From an uncultured Candidatus Peribacteria bacterium (GTDB lineage: Bacteria; Patescibacteriota; Gracilibacteria; BD1-5; JAGOOR01), in contig CAZVRL010000004.1 of NCBI GenBank assembly GCA_964630285.1, positions 1 through 46,657 on the forward strand: a DNA stretch of 46,657 nucleotides, written 5' to 3'. Under the pieces are notes generated by a model. It was not told the origin of the DNA, did not search any database, and was given only the letters and a program-made list of their open reading frames with translations. Both the position numbers and the translations under genes were made by a program. Of this stretch, positions 45,101-46,657 are shown in pieces; position 1 is the first letter of the stretch, and the number at the start of each line of letters is the position of its first letter.

Positions 45101-46657
45101 CCCGTTTTTTTCTACATCTTTTTCGAAGTCATCACGTGTTCTGAAGGTGATTTTTCCATCGTCTGCACATCTGTCGAGATAATTATAAAAATCCGCACCA
45201 GTATAGTGTCGTGCGAGACCACTCGCTGAGAGAGGTCCACTATTATTCCCAAGGAATCGCGCTGTGATGATATTTTCTTCATCGACTGTATCACCAGGCA
45301 CAGAGTCGATGATATAGTATCCTGTGATTTCTTCGCCTTTATCATTTTTTGTTTTCCACTGCATCACACAGTTATCGTCGAAGTGTTCGATGCCTTCGAC
45401 ACGGTGTCCGAGGCGTGCTGTGAGTTCTTCGACGAGACCAGCTTTTGTATCGAGTTTTTCAGGATCTAGGTTGTCATATGTTGCTTTGAACTTTTCTCTG
45501 AAATCTTCTTCATTGTCAGTACTTGCTCGCAAAGATCCTGGTTTGCCTCGGTAGTACGCGAGCATATTCTCGGCACTTCCAATAGATCCAAACTGAGAGA
45601 GAAGTCGTACTTTTGTTTCAAACGGGAGACTGCGGGTGCCGATGAGATTTTTCCCACCACCTATTTTTGATTTATAGGTTTTTGCCCATTGCTCCTCTTT
45701 GTCTTTCTTGAGTGCTGTAGCGAGCTCTGTATCTGCGGGAAGGTTCTTTGCAAATTCTGCTTTTTCAGTGTCCGTTGCGATAAAGTTTTTACTTGATTTC
45801 GGGTCGAGAGCTTCAAGCACTGAGAAGGGTACGAGAGGGACATTTTGTCGTACGAGGAAGTTGAGGATTTTTTCCCGATTTTCCTCTGAGACAAGGGTAT
45901 TATCTTTTCCGAAAAACGCTCCGTAAGCACCAGCAATATCGACTTTCGGAGCTCATTCGTGTGTTATTTCATGAAATGCGCTTGCGAGATTCTTTTCTGG
46001 GTGAGCGACTTGTGCGATTTTGAGCCATGCTTCCTGGATTTCTCGACGTTTTGGATTTGATGGATCCATCTTGCTGATAGCACGCGTGATTTCGTCGAAA
46101 TTGATATCGTTGAAGTTTTTTTCTTTGAGTGCCTGGCTTCCGGGGAGCTTTTTGATGTATGTTTTGCGATATTTTGGAACTTTGAGAAACGTACGAAGTC
46201 GACCATATTCTTCTTTTTTGAGAGCAGCTCGGAGTTCATCCTCACTAAAATCCCCATACTCATCATGGGCGACTTCGAGACAGTTACTGATCATATTTTC
46301 ACGGGCTTTTTCTTTTGCTCGGACATCGCTCTCTATCTGTGACATGAGCTGATTGTCGAAACACTTTGTATCCGAGAGAAATTTCTCTATTTCTGTATCC
46401 GTCACGTCTGCACCAGCACTGATTATTCCCATTTTTGCCCTCTGTTCTGCAGAGAGTCATTTGAGTCTTTTTTTGAATTCTTCGAGGAGTTTATCACGAG
46501 AGATGCCTTTTTGATGGTATTGCTCTACGAGATCTTTGAAAGAAGGGTCTTTCCTGAGTCAGTCACAATAATTTCGTGTGTGTCGGACTTGTTCACCATG
46601 ATGAGTCGTCTCTCCAGAACGTCTGTCGAGGTTTTCTCTACTTTCTCCTGGTCATGT
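42149..46657 (-). CDS. Giant orphan protein, C-terminal >=1,502 codons (5' end beyond the window)
   Basis: Seven ORF-track fragments of >=60 aa (42920, 43517, 43895, 44195, 44585, 44963, 45953) share one frame. I translated every gap between fragments, plus both extensions (42149-42919 and 46433-46657), codon by codon and found only TGA interruptions. TAG at 42149-42151. Confidence 0.7.

Noticed and set aside
45956-45979. Annotating the giant protein as a zinc metalloprotease from HEITH.
   Set aside because: A single HExxH string in more than 1,500 residues is expected fairly often by chance, and no supporting third-ligand motif was recognised. It is mentioned only as a lead.
1-46657. Genetic code 4 (TGA=Trp, Mycoplasma-like) as the explanation.
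   Set aside because: TGA aligns with invariant Gly, not Trp, in Mfd (EIRGxGxxLG), FNR (CGP/CGS), AI-2E (LEGN), ArgRS (FEGN) and the methyltransferase (RGxFYTP). Trp positions use TGG.
1-46657. tRNA genes (including the expected tRNA-Gly-UCA) and CRISPR arrays.
   Set aside because: Scanning intergenic regions by eye found no GTTCGAATC/GTTCGATTC T-loop contexts with cloverleaf potential and no regularly spaced direct repeats. The suppressor-like tRNA must lie elsewhere in the genome.

Overview
The window comes from a streamlined, low-GC bacterial genome, most likely a Candidate Phyla Radiation lineage that uses genetic code 25 (Gracilibacteria/BD1-5 or Absconditabacteria/SR1). TGA is read as glycine, not stop. 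The supplied standard-code ORF track therefore breaks almost every real gene into same-frame pieces. When these are rejoined across in-frame TGA, every gene I checked ends at TAA or TAG, and TGA falls on invariant Gly positions of well-known families. Re-read this way the window is about 90% coding with roughly 49 CDS. In order it holds: the 3' end of 23S rRNA, 5S rRNA and a terminator; a defence-type block (type IIG restriction-modification fusion with a tightly coupled unknown membrane protein, a small YegP protein, and an HTH-Panacea antitoxin/toxin pair); an apt / mtnN-luxS methyl-cycle block with an unusual tandem LuxS; a phospholipid head-group cluster (psd, archaeal-type CarS homologue, pssA); a kinase-like protein; CapA; an AI-2E transporter; sortase; an MFS-like transporter; a CAP-domain protein; an FNR-like reductase; RNase J; an M23 peptidase; a Cys-rich surface protein; ArgRS; two orphan proteins; an mfd gene split into two ORFs by about 5.6 kb of opposite-strand membrane and ion-homeostasis genes; a HAD hydrolase; an S41 peptidase; and a giant orphan ORF of at least 1,502 codons that runs off the window end. 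I found no tRNA, CRISPR array, transposase or integrase. All homology statements rest on motif recognition by eye and need HMM/BLAST confirmation with translation table 25.
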